NCBI GenBank assembly: GCA_021813945.1
Contig: JAKAJD010000001.1
Span: forward strand, 560,412 to 624,411
Length of the DNA: 64,000 nt
Origin: a bacterium
GTDB lineage: Bacteria; Patescibacteriota; Microgenomatia; Curtissbacterales; GWA2-41-24
Direction of reading: 5' to 3'
The notes below the pieces were generated by a model. The model did no database searches and had not been told where the DNA came from. It was given only the letters and a program-made list of their open reading frames with translations. Positions 55,922-64,000 of the stretch are shown piece after piece; position 1 is the stretch's first letter, and the number at the start of each line of letters is the position of its first letter. A program made the position numbers and the translations under genes.

Positions 55922-58900
55922 CTAATTACAATTACTTCCACCGTTTTTGAAAATGGCAAATTCAAGTTGGGCATCATTAGCACCGACTACCCCATCAGGC
56001 GGGCCGACTTTCCAAAATTGGTTTACCGGATCAACAGGGTTGGGCGTCCTGTCGTAAAACATCCCGTCGGTAAAGTTAGGATCGTTTGTTAAACCCATTT
56101 TATAACCGTAATGTGAATCGTAGGATATCCCATTCTTTACCTGCATTCCTGCCTTTGCCCCAGCCTTATAGTAGGTAAATATAGCCTGTGCATCAGCAGC
56201 ACCTATATTGTGATCCATTTTTGGCCTTCCGGGATCTCCAACAGGTAGATTCCAATTTGTCGAAGTTATTGCAGGCACGGGCACGTCCCAAAAATCCCAC
56301 CTGTTTTCCGGATCGCGCTGTCCGCCTTTTTTCCAGTCCGAACCCAATTCCTTTACATCAGGACATCCGTCAGAGTCTGTATCGACTGAAGCAACAAAAG
56401 GATCTGTCTCAAAAAAGCTTGGTCCTCCGGCGTCCCCACTGGACGGAACGATAATCGGTGGGTAAAAAAGATACGTATTGCCATTTGACTGGTCACAAGT
56501 AAAGGCGCAAACCAAGAAGTTATAGTTGGTGTTGGGAGTAAGCCCAACAAAGCGCAAGCTGTAAGCAGGACCGTTAGCATCGTAGAGATCCTGCGCCAGG
56601 CATTGCCCCCCCGCCGCGGCGGCTGCCATACAATCGCTGTACCCTGCGGTATATATTAGCGCACGGTAATTCCAACCCCATCCATTGCTGTAGCTTCCAT
56701 CAGCGAATGCAAGCGCCGATTTTGTACCTGAGATGTTATACCCGGTTTCGTTTCCTACTCTCACTGAATATAAAATCGGCTCATACCCAACAAAAGAAAA
56801 CATAGGTATCGTACATCTCGTGTCATTATTTGTTGAACAGCTTCTAAAATAATTCTCCGATTGTCCCAAGTCGTTGTAAATTCTAATCGTATGGTTTGTG
56901 TTGGAAAAATCAGTTGTGTACAAAAATCCTGAAAAATTAACTCCCGTCGGCAAACCTCTGAACATAAAGCTTGTGTCATCCTGAATGGACTCGAAGCTTC
57001 TTACACAACCCACTTTAAGCCCCGGTATTTGCATCCTTAGGCATGGATCAATATCCGTCCCTTTTTCAAAAATAATTCCTTTATAAGTTACTTTTGGCCA
57101 CGAGATCGTTGTAGTACAAGTGTTTGGCCCGTTACAGTTTGTAGAAGCATCCGTCTCCCCTTTCCACGAATAAGCATGAATTTGAGTATGAGTCGGATCG
57201 TTATCATCTAAGGTGATAATCGAAACGCGGTAAGTGTATGTATAACCAAGCGAGGAAGAGCCCACATTGAGGGTAAGCGATGTGTCCGTAGTATCGATTG
57301 GCGGGCAAAGATTATCAGGTGAAATTCCCATACAATCTCCACTCCACTGATTCCAATCACCCGTACAATAAGGCCCCGTACATTTAACGTCTACCAAATA
57401 ATGCATCTTCGGCCATGTCATGTCCTTTTTCTGCCCCATGGCCACCAGATAACCGGTTCCCCGACCCCAGCTGACATTAGCAGTGGCACTACCGGACGCC
57501 TTGGGACCAAACTCAATCGCCAGTGTTGCCGAATTAAAGGTATGGCTAATACCCTTGAAGGTAATTCCGTTATAAGGATCGGTAACATTTTGTCCGTCTC
57601 TCAAATAACCATCGTTAATATCATCAATAGTTGAAGACTTTGAAGCAGGTGTAGTATCTAAAAGATACGTCAGTCTGTAAGGGGCAACAGTCCCCGAGGC
57701 CAGCTCAATAACAGGACCTTCCGGAGGATTTGTTGTATTTGCTCTTCGATAATAAACATAATAGGCCGGACCTCCCGAAAATGTACTTACTTTTAGGACT
57801 TTTGTGGGAAAACTTGGCCCTGGGCTACTTGGCCATTCTTCATACTGCTCAAGTGTAAACGTCCCGTTTGTTGAAACATTGGCAATTTGCGTCCCCTGAA
57901 GCCAACCTAAAGATTCCTTCGCGTAAGCTCCATAATCACCGTTATCTTCATTTTGAGTACCCATAATATCATTCCTATTCCCATATTTAATTACCGTGCA
58001 ACCCTTAAAAACAAAGGCTGTACTACATTCATAACCCTGACTGTGCGCTATGTTTAAAAGGTGGCCATATTCATGCGAAAAAGCACCTAATCCCACAGAA
58101 TAGGCCCAACGAAGCCCGATAAATGCCATCCCCGGCGCACTACAGTTAGTAACCGATGGGTCAAAAATCACCATTTTATCAACTGAAGCAGGATCCGGAT
58201 TCCACGGCCACTTATATTGGTATAAAATCTCCTTCACCAAAGGAGAATCGTATGTATATATACCTGAAGGATCGTTAGAGTCCACAGAAAAATTGCAAGT
58301 CTGGTCTATATCAAGGTCCAACATATATACATTGCCTGTTATCGTAAATAAATTATTAGATGATTTTTTTAGAAAATTATTGTAGCTTGAAAAAGCATAG
58401 CTTCTTATATCTGATTCCGCCAGGCTCCTAGTCCGGTTATTTTTAAAGGAAATATAAAGCACTGCCACTTCTCTTGAACCGGTTATTTGGGAAGTTACCG
58501 CAGAAGAAAGCAAGGTTGTGTTTTGGGAAACCGGATACCAAAGCAGATTATCCACCTGGTAACCTGAAACTGTAACCTCACTACCGACGAGGCTAGCATC
58601 GATTTTGCCTTTATCTGACTCAGGAACCAAGACCACACTCGAACTTTTAATATCTTTTTGGGAAAACAATAAATCCTTTTCTTCTTCGTTATCTTTGAAA
58701 TCCGAAACCTGCCTGACAAAATAGCCTTTATGCTCGCCCTTTTTCTCTATTTGATCTTGAACTTCCACTGGATATTTGGAGACATCGTCAACAACAACAC
58801 TTCCGACTTTTGATGGATCTTCTTTAATCAGCTTTTTTAATGCGTCTTTCCTTTTTTGGGAAACTTTCTTAAGTTCGTCTAGCCTTAAACCTTTTGTCAA

Positions 58901-59098
58901 AAAGCTTGCATTTTTAAAATCATCGGATGCTTTGTCCAGCTCTCCGTTAAGCGTTTTAACTTCATCCGCGGGAGTTGGACTAGTCTTATCGGTTGCGGCA
59001 CTCGAAACCGGAATTACATTAAAAGAGTTAAAAAGTAGTGGGAGTGTAAAAATTATGGGCAAAACTTTGGCAAATAGCTTTTTTGCCCACTTTTTCAT
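55922..59098 (-). CDS. Large secreted zinc metalloprotease (HEXXH zincin) with a C-terminal dockerin-like module
   Basis: Signal peptide; AFSHEYGHLLNIAHS zinc-binding motif; C-terminal roughly 140 aa homologous to the C-terminus of 60079..61248. Confidence 0.6.
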   Translation of the reverse strand: MKKWAKKLFAKVLPIIFTLPLLFNSFNVIPVSSAATDKTSPTPADEVKTLNGELDKASDDFKNASFLTKGLRLDELKKVSQKRKDALKKLIKEDPSKVGSVVVDDVSKYPVEVQDQIEKKGEHKGYFVRQVSDFKDNEEEKDLLFSQKDIKSSSVVLVPESDKGKIDASLVGSEVTVSGYQVDNLLWYPVSQNTTLLSSAVTSQITGSREVAVLYISFKNNRTRSLAESDIRSYAFSSYNNFLKKSSNNLFTITGNVYMLDLDIDQTCNFSVDSNDPSGIYTYDSPLVKEILYQYKWPWNPDPASVDKMVIFDPSVTNCSAPGMAFIGLRWAYSVGLGAFSHEYGHLLNIAHSQGYECSTAFVFKGCTVIKYGNRNDIMGTQNEDNGDYGAYAKESLGWLQGTQIANVSTNGTFTLEQYEEWPSSPGPSFPTKVLKVSTFSGGPAYYVYYRRANTTNPPEGPVIELASGTVAPYRLTYLLDTTPASKSSTIDDINDGYLRDGQNVTDPYNGITFKGISHTFNSATLAIEFGPKASGSATANVSWGRGTGYLVAMGQKKDMTWPKMHYLVDVKCTGPYCTGDWNQWSGDCMGISPDNLCPPIDTTDTSLTLNVGSSSLGYTYTYRVSIITLDDNDPTHTQIHAYSWKGETDASTNCNGPNTCTTTISWPKVTYKGIIFEKGTDIDPCLRMQIPGLKVGCVRSFESIQDDTSFMFRGLPTGVNFSGFLYTTDFSNTNHTIRIYNDLGQSENYFRSCSTNNDTRCTIPMFSFVGYEPILYSVRVGNETGYNISGTKSALAFADGSYSNGWGWNYRALIYTAGYSDCMAAAAAGGQCLAQDLYDANGPAYSLRFVGLTPNTNYNFLVCAFTCDQSNGNTYLFYPPIIVPSSGDAGGPSFFETDPFVASVDTDSDGCPDVKELGSDWKKGGQRDPENRWDFWDVPVPAITSTNWNLPVGDPGRPKMDHNIGAADAQAIFTYYKAGAKAGMQVKNGISYDSHYGYKMGLTNDPNFTDGMFYDRTPNPVDPVNQFWKVGPPDGVVGANDAQLEFAIFKNGGSNCN

Positions 59099-60021
59099 TT
59101 TATGTCGCAGAAAGCAACCTTGCCGCCACCTTCAATGTTTGTGGTTGTAATTGGAAAATCGGAAAGTTTGTCCATATCCGGCGGACTTTCTGTTGTATTG
59201 GCCGTAACTCGCAACCCTTGTACTCCTGCCTGCCCAGAATAAGAATCAATGCTCATTCTCCATAAATCGACAGAAATTTTAACTTGTCGCGGTGCTAACC
59301 TTACTCTTTGGCCTTCGAACTGGGAAACAGCAAAACCATCCCTTGCCAAGGCCAAAGCCAAAATTAATTCTGAATCTTCTGGTTTTACCCTTTGGAATGG
59401 ATAATAGGCCGGGTTATTCGGGTCGTCCGGAAAAAGGCTCTCAAACATCACTTCTCCGACAGTCTCCGGATCCCTAATTTCCAGCGTTTCGCCGGTTTGT
59501 AGATCTTCTCGAACCAAATACCGGCCGGAGCCCCCATGAGTGTCGGGATATGTGTCGAGATACTTTGCTCGGTTACCGCCGGGGTACTGTATAATCTCCG
59601 AAACTTCCTTAAATTTGTATTTTCCGGCTAAGGCATCGTTTACAACATCCGTCCAGTTCTTGCCGTCAATTTGCCTTAGCGTATTTAATTTTTCGTACGT
59701 GACATCACAAGCATAAGGAAGTTCAACAGGAGTCGATGTCGGCTCTGGTGCCTTAGTCCTTTCCGTTGTCACCGACCCAAACGTCTCTGTTGGTGTTTTG
59801 GAACCTTCAGCACGCCCATCTCTACAGGCTACGGAAAGAAATAGTAAAGCAAAACCACCTAAAGCAACTGCACCGACAGCCCTTGGTCCTCTTATGTGTT
59901 CCTGATGAGAATTTCTTGTTATCTTTGGTTCCCTATTTGTAGAATTTTGCCCAACATTTCCAGGCCTATCTGAAGGTTCTTGTGGGAGTACTGACTGGCC
60001 TGCCTCAACCTGCCAACTCAT
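59095..60021 (-). CDS. Putative lipoprotein, hypothetical
   Basis: LLFLSVAC lipobox-like; Thr/Pro-rich linker. Confidence 0.4.
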   Translation of the reverse strand: MSWQVEAGQSVLPQEPSDRPGNVGQNSTNREPKITRNSHQEHIRGPRAVGAVALGGFALLFLSVACRDGRAEGSKTPTETFGSVTTERTKAPEPTSTPVELPYACDVTYEKLNTLRQIDGKNWTDVVNDALAGKYKFKEVSEIIQYPGGNRAKYLDTYPDTHGGSGRYLVREDLQTGETLEIRDPETVGEVMFESLFPDDPNNPAYYPFQRVKPEDSELILALALARDGFAVSQFEGQRVRLAPRQVKISVDLWRMSIDSYSGQAGVQGLRVTANTTESPPDMDKLSDFPITTTNIEGGGKVAFCDIK

Positions 60022-60078
60022 TTAAGATTGATAAATTATACTACCGCATTGCAAGTAGTCAAAAATTGAAAGAAAAAT

Positions 60079-61248
60079 CTACCTTAGAGTGCAGTTATCA
60101 CCCAGTTTAAAACTGGCAAAAGCTTCCTGAGCGTCGGATGCACCAATAACCCCATCCGCCGGCCCCGGAAGCCATGGTTTTGAAGGATCCGGCAAAGGGC
60201 CGCGGTCATATTCCAAACCGTCTTTAATTCCATTTTTGTTTAAATCCTGTTCATATTCCGCAGATCCATTCTTCGCTGCCTTTTTAAAATATGCATAAAC
60301 AGCATCGGCATCCGCCGCGCTTATGGCGCTGTCAGCAAATACTTTTGTCGGGTCCGGCGCAGCAAACAATGCAGGCACCGGCACACTGTAAAAATCCCAT
60401 TTATTTTTATAGTCCCGCTGACCACCTAATTTATGGTCGGGGCCAAGTTCCTTAACATCTGTACAGGCATCACCGTCGGTATCAACTCTCCTAAAAACAT
60501 CGGCAATTACACCATGACCTGTTTGACTTGGGTGAAGACCGTCTGTCTGGATATACCCCTTTGCCACCGGATCTTCCGTCCCGCTTGCCCCATTGAAAGC
60601 TTTATGAACATCTGCCACGCCAAGACCCAAAGAAGTGCTTCGGGTAGCAATATAGCTGTTCATCAGCTGCAAATACTGGTCCCGCGCAGGATAAGCCGTG
60701 TCCACAGCAACATAAGGATTGTATAAATTCATAACCGAGATGTATAAATTGCTTTTGGTATTTAGTGTTCTAATCTCGGAAATAATCGCGTCAAAATTGG
60801 ATTTGTAAGTTGCAAGTACCGGGTCAAAACATACAGAGCTTGAACAGCCGTTCCACCTAGCAACCCACCAATCAACCGTACCGGTATCTATCGTAATAAA
60901 ATCTGCACTCGAAATCGCCGACCGGAAAACAGTATCCGTTTTGACTTTATTAAGAAGATCACTACTGGGAAGACTCGGAATTGCCAAATTGTTAAGGTTT
61001 GTCGAAACCGCCTCATCATTTGCGATATTGCCGTTGAAAGTAGAAACCCAACCGTGGGAAGAATCCGGCAAACCGTATCCTGCTGAAATGGAATCACCCA
61101 GCGCCACATAGTTAACGGAACCGGCCGCGCCAATCACCATCTTTTGGGTGGCAAAATAAACGAAAGCGATAAAGGCAGGAATAACCAAAAGAATGAATAA
61201 AACGGAAAGCAGCAGATTTGTCTTATGCCGGTTTCGCTTGCTGGACAT
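60079..61248 (-). CDS. SGNH/GDSL hydrolase (esterase/lipase) with a C-terminal dockerin-like module
   Basis: N-terminal TM; YVALGDSISAGYG (GDS-x motif); DGLHPSQTGH (DxxH); C-terminal VDTDGDACTDVKELG ... DGVIGASDAQEAF. Confidence 0.75.
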   Translation of the reverse strand: MSSKRNRHKTNLLLSVLFILLVIPAFIAFVYFATQKMVIGAAGSVNYVALGDSISAGYGLPDSSHGWVSTFNGNIANDEAVSTNLNNLAIPSLPSSDLLNKVKTDTVFRSAISSADFITIDTGTVDWWVARWNGCSSSVCFDPVLATYKSNFDAIISEIRTLNTKSNLYISVMNLYNPYVAVDTAYPARDQYLQLMNSYIATRSTSLGLGVADVHKAFNGASGTEDPVAKGYIQTDGLHPSQTGHGVIADVFRRVDTDGDACTDVKELGPDHKLGGQRDYKNKWDFYSVPVPALFAAPDPTKVFADSAISAADADAVYAYFKKAAKNGSAEYEQDLNKNGIKDGLEYDRGPLPDPSKPWLPGPADGVIGASDAQEAFASFKLGDNCTLR

Positions 61249-61289
61249 ACTTAAATTCTAATAACAAATCATGCCCATAGTCAAAATTT

Positions 61290-61739
61290 TCACTTTGGGC
61301 TGATTACAAAACCGTTTAAAAGATATTCACCGCAACCTGTATTTTGGATTAAAGCCTGAGCCTTGTAAGGTAGCTTTTTGTGGTCAAAACTTGCGAACAA
61401 ATTCCCGTCTGCACCCTCCATTACTTTGGCAATATCCTCTTTTCCGGAAATATAGCCGAGGCTTGCCAAAAGATTAACGGCAAAATAATTTCTCGCCTTG
61501 AATCTTCGTGCCGGTGATAATTCGCTTATTTTCACCGGATCAACAATCAGAATGTCCCTCAAGCTTCTTTTCTTAGACCCGTTCTCCTCGTCTGGAACAA
61601 ACATTCTAGGAAACCGAATTGCCCGCGGACTCAAAGCTACGCCCAACCTACCAGCTATCTGTTCAGCCTCATTCGCAACGAGATCTTTGTATTCAAAGCT
61701 AATTTCCTTTGACATCGCCGCGAAATATAGCAGAATCAA
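61290..61739 (-). CDS. Hypothetical protein
   Basis: ORF only. Confidence 0.3.
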   Translation of the reverse strand: MILLYFAAMSKEISFEYKDLVANEAEQIAGRLGVALSPRAIRFPRMFVPDEENGSKKRSLRDILIVDPVKISELSPARRFKARNYFAVNLLASLGYISGKEDIAKVMEGADGNLFASFDHKKLPYKAQALIQNTGCGEYLLNGFVISPK

Positions 61740-61803
61740 ATCTAAAAATCAAACTATCGGGTTAAATTTTAGCAGTAACTGGTCTTGATTGATAGCTAAT
61801 ACC

Positions 61804-62655
61804 CTAGTTGTAAATTAGCTTGCCTTTTGAGTCCAAATCTACCTCAATATCCCCCATTTTGTCGGTTCTAAGAATTTTTACCCCAACCGCATCCAGAATA
61901 TCCAAAACCTCTTTGTTTGGATGGCCAAACTTGTTATTTTGCCCAACCGAAATCAAGGCCACGGAAGGCTTGACCTCATCAAGCACTCTTTGGTTTGTAC
62001 CTGTCTTTGATCCGTGATGTGCAACCTTTAGAATATCGCACTTCCCGTTTACTACGAGTTCCAAAATTTCTTTAGGTATATCGCCCGTAAAATATGCACA
62101 TTTGCCCGCGTAGTTTAGCTTCAGAATCACCGACGACTCGTTAACGTCTGTTGGTGGTTTGGCTTGCCATATTTCGTAACGCGACTTGGCAGGCCACAAA
62201 ACATCGAAACTTACTCCGCCCACGCTAATTGCATCCCCTGCCATTGGTTTGTAAACTTTCGAGCCCTCATTAACTAGTGCTTTCTGCCATTCTCTATAAA
62301 GCTCTGTATCATTCTCGACGCCTGTAGTCACCATATTTTCAACCTCATAATTGGCAAAAACTGCCATCTGCCCCTCCATATGATCCTGCTGCGGATGCGT
62401 CAAAACCATCATTTCCACTTTTCTATCCCAAAAAGGCATGTAGCGCGAAAGGCAGTCTGCAATCTTTGTTCCCGGCCCGGCGTCAATAACAACATCATCA
62501 CCTTTTGGAGTAATAACTAATAGCCCGTCACCCTGCCCGACGTCGCAGGCAATAATCCTAAGCTTCCCGAGTTTAAAAGAAGCAGACGCCGCGAGAATCC
62601 CGAGAACAAAAAGGCAAATGGAAACACCTAAAATCGCTTTGTTTTTACCATCCAT
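61804..62655 (-). CDS. comEC: ComEC C-terminal metallo-beta-lactamase-fold domain protein, encoded as a separate ORF
   Basis: ACDVGQGDGLLVI, LTHPQQDHMEG (HxHxDH variant), KVAHHGSKTG ComEC signature; own N-terminal TM. Confidence 0.7.
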   Translation of the reverse strand: MDGKNKAILGVSICLFVLGILAASASFKLGKLRIIACDVGQGDGLLVITPKGDDVVIDAGPGTKIADCLSRYMPFWDRKVEMMVLTHPQQDHMEGQMAVFANYEVENMVTTGVENDTELYREWQKALVNEGSKVYKPMAGDAISVGGVSFDVLWPAKSRYEIWQAKPPTDVNESSVILKLNYAGKCAYFTGDIPKEILELVVNGKCDILKVAHHGSKTGTNQRVLDEVKPSVALISVGQNNKFGHPNKEVLDILDAVGVKILRTDKMGDIEVDLDSKGKLIYN

Positions 62656-63965
62656 AAGAAAGTTAATAAAACGATATAGGCAGATATTACCAAAATCCAG
62701 TTACCTTGACCAAAGCTATATTGGCCAAACGGCAAAGCAGCAAAACACCGAACGACCTGCGAAAAATAAAACGCAGGAACAAAGGCAAAGTAAGCAAAAA
62801 GCTGCGCCACCGGTATAAATACGAGGCTAGCGGCAGCCGTAACAAAACCCAAAACCATAATCGGAAAAACCGCCTCGGCAACCAGTAAATTTGCAAGCGG
62901 TGCCAAAGGTGAAATCCGGCCGAAATAAAAAATAATAACTGGCGCCGTAAACAAATAGGCGCTTGTTGCAATGGCTGCATTTTGGACTAACGATTCTTTC
63001 AACCAGGAATGTCGCGAAGGAGCTCTCGAGGGAGTGATCTCCGAGTTTTGACTGCGATGCACATCATGGAGATTTAAAACCGACCGTTGATCACGACCGA
63101 GAGAGTGACTGAGCGAAATCAAAGGTAGGCTGACGGGATTCCCTCGCAAAAGCGCACTCAAAACACCATCCAACCATTTTCCCAACGTCAGAATCCCTAA
63201 TGTTGCCGCAAAAGTTAGCTGAAAAGAAACTTCAAAAAGCGACTGCGGGAAAAGAAAAACGATGATAAAAGCAGCCATGCCCAAAGTCCACAAAACATTC
63301 ACTTCCCTGCCAAAAAACATAGCGAGAGTCACTGCAAAAACCATCACCGCCGCCCGCAAAACCGGCGGTTCGAATCCTGCCAAAAACGCATAAGCTACAA
63401 CTGCAAAAGTCGCCAAAACAAGGCTTTTCCTCCGGCCAATATAAGGCGCAAGCGCCATTAAAATTCCGGAAACTATCATAAGGTTTTGGCCTGAAACTAC
63501 AACTACGTGGATTGTGCCCGTTTTGGTGAGTTCATCGCGGAATTGCTGCCCGATATTATCAACCCCCAAGACCGAACCAACTACCAAAGTTGCTTCCCTG
63601 GCAGGCAGCATTGCGCCTATATTTCTGCTAATTTTGTCCCGAAGTCTTGTGCGCAGCAATCCAAATCCGCCTGCTTCCCCAACTTTCTCAACCTTAGCCG
63701 AAAACATTTTGCCGCTATCATTAATTTTCCCCGAAACCAAAATTCTATCCCCAACCCTATATTTTGGATAAAGACCCGTATAGATTTTGGCGTCTGCAAT
63801 AGATATCACCTGTCCGGTTTCGTATATTTTAGGCTCGCTTTTTACCGTCGCTTCAAATTTCAAATCGACATTTCTAGGCAAAGATTGGGGTTTATTAAGC
63901 CACAACCTAATACCGATTGATAAGATTAAAAAAGCAAGAAGGATTATATAGGCAGACCTCGGCAC
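62628..63965 (-). CDS. comEC: ComEC N-terminal part: DUF4131 OB-fold plus the Competence membrane channel domain
   Basis: Multi-TM; GTIHVVVVSGQNLMIVSGIL competence-domain motif; the stop overlaps the start of the MBL ORF by 28 nt in another frame. Confidence 0.7.
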   Translation of the reverse strand: MPRSAYIILLAFLILSIGIRLWLNKPQSLPRNVDLKFEATVKSEPKIYETGQVISIADAKIYTGLYPKYRVGDRILVSGKINDSGKMFSAKVEKVGEAGGFGLLRTRLRDKISRNIGAMLPAREATLVVGSVLGVDNIGQQFRDELTKTGTIHVVVVSGQNLMIVSGILMALAPYIGRRKSLVLATFAVVAYAFLAGFEPPVLRAAVMVFAVTLAMFFGREVNVLWTLGMAAFIIVFLFPQSLFEVSFQLTFAATLGILTLGKWLDGVLSALLRGNPVSLPLISLSHSLGRDQRSVLNLHDVHRSQNSEITPSRAPSRHSWLKESLVQNAAIATSAYLFTAPVIIFYFGRISPLAPLANLLVAEAVFPIMVLGFVTAAASLVFIPVAQLFAYFAFVPAFYFSQVVRCFAALPFGQYSFGQGNWILVISAYIVLLTFLWMVKTKRF

Positions 63966-64000
63966 TAGTAGGTTATTTTATCTTTGATTTTTTCAAAGAC

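Noticed and set aside
1-64000. CRISPR array
   Set aside because: The recurrent GGCCAGGCC-type palindromes are single intergenic copies, or irregular clusters without uniform spacers, and not regularly spaced direct repeats. No cas genes were recognised.

Overview
This 64-kb window is densely coding, mostly on the minus strand, and comes from a bacterium whose gene content resembles the Candidate Phyla Radiation (Patescibacteria). That placement is an inference from several things together: GspG-like pilins, ComEC, repeated '23S-IVS' four-helix-bundle proteins, very large secreted proteins, and few Shine-Dalgarno sites. Housekeeping genes I am confident of are mreB, ndk, argS, tRNA-Arg(CCT) and tRNA-Pro(CGG). 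Accessory cell-envelope genes dominate the rest. The region from 21.2 to 34.6 kb is a glycosylation island. It holds a clan GH-A glycosidase, two polytopic GT-C (ArnT/PMT-like) transferases, four GT2 genes, and a 1549-aa fusion protein that combines a Dpm1-like GT2, a processive QxxRW GT2, a multi-helix membrane domain and a GT4. Immediately downstream is a Ser/Thr/Pro-rich surface protein. Three type IV (GspG-like) pilin paralogs sit at 12.5-19.4 kb with a sortase and a dienelactone-hydrolase-like enzyme. Two of these pilin genes share a conserved upstream promoter-like element. A split ComEC lies at the 3' end of the window. A 1786-aa membrane-anchored alpha-2-macroglobulin-like protein (thioester motif absent) carries a Hint domain. 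The Hint domain resembles a mini-intein or bacterial intein-like module but has Glu at +1, and it is inserted exactly where the protease bait region normally sits. Three consecutive secreted proteins at 54.5-61.2 kb are a dockerin-bearing protein, an HEXXH metalloprotease and an SGNH esterase, and all carry dockerin-like C-terminal modules. Other notable genes are a subtilisin, an M16 peptidase, a b6f/bc-type Rieske protein with no partner cytochrome in the window, and a CAP-domain protein. A receiver-less OmpR-type regulator is also present. Non-coding signal is strong. A ~55-nt imperfect palindromic repeat family (GGNCAGGCC ... GGCCTGNCC), in two subtypes, occupies almost every intergenic gap and forms repeat-dense tracts in the first 2 kb. 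A second ~56-nt structured element occurs in two nearly identical copies in the 5' leaders of minus-strand genes, with a mini-variant after tRNA-Pro. No CRISPR array, integrase or transposase was seen.
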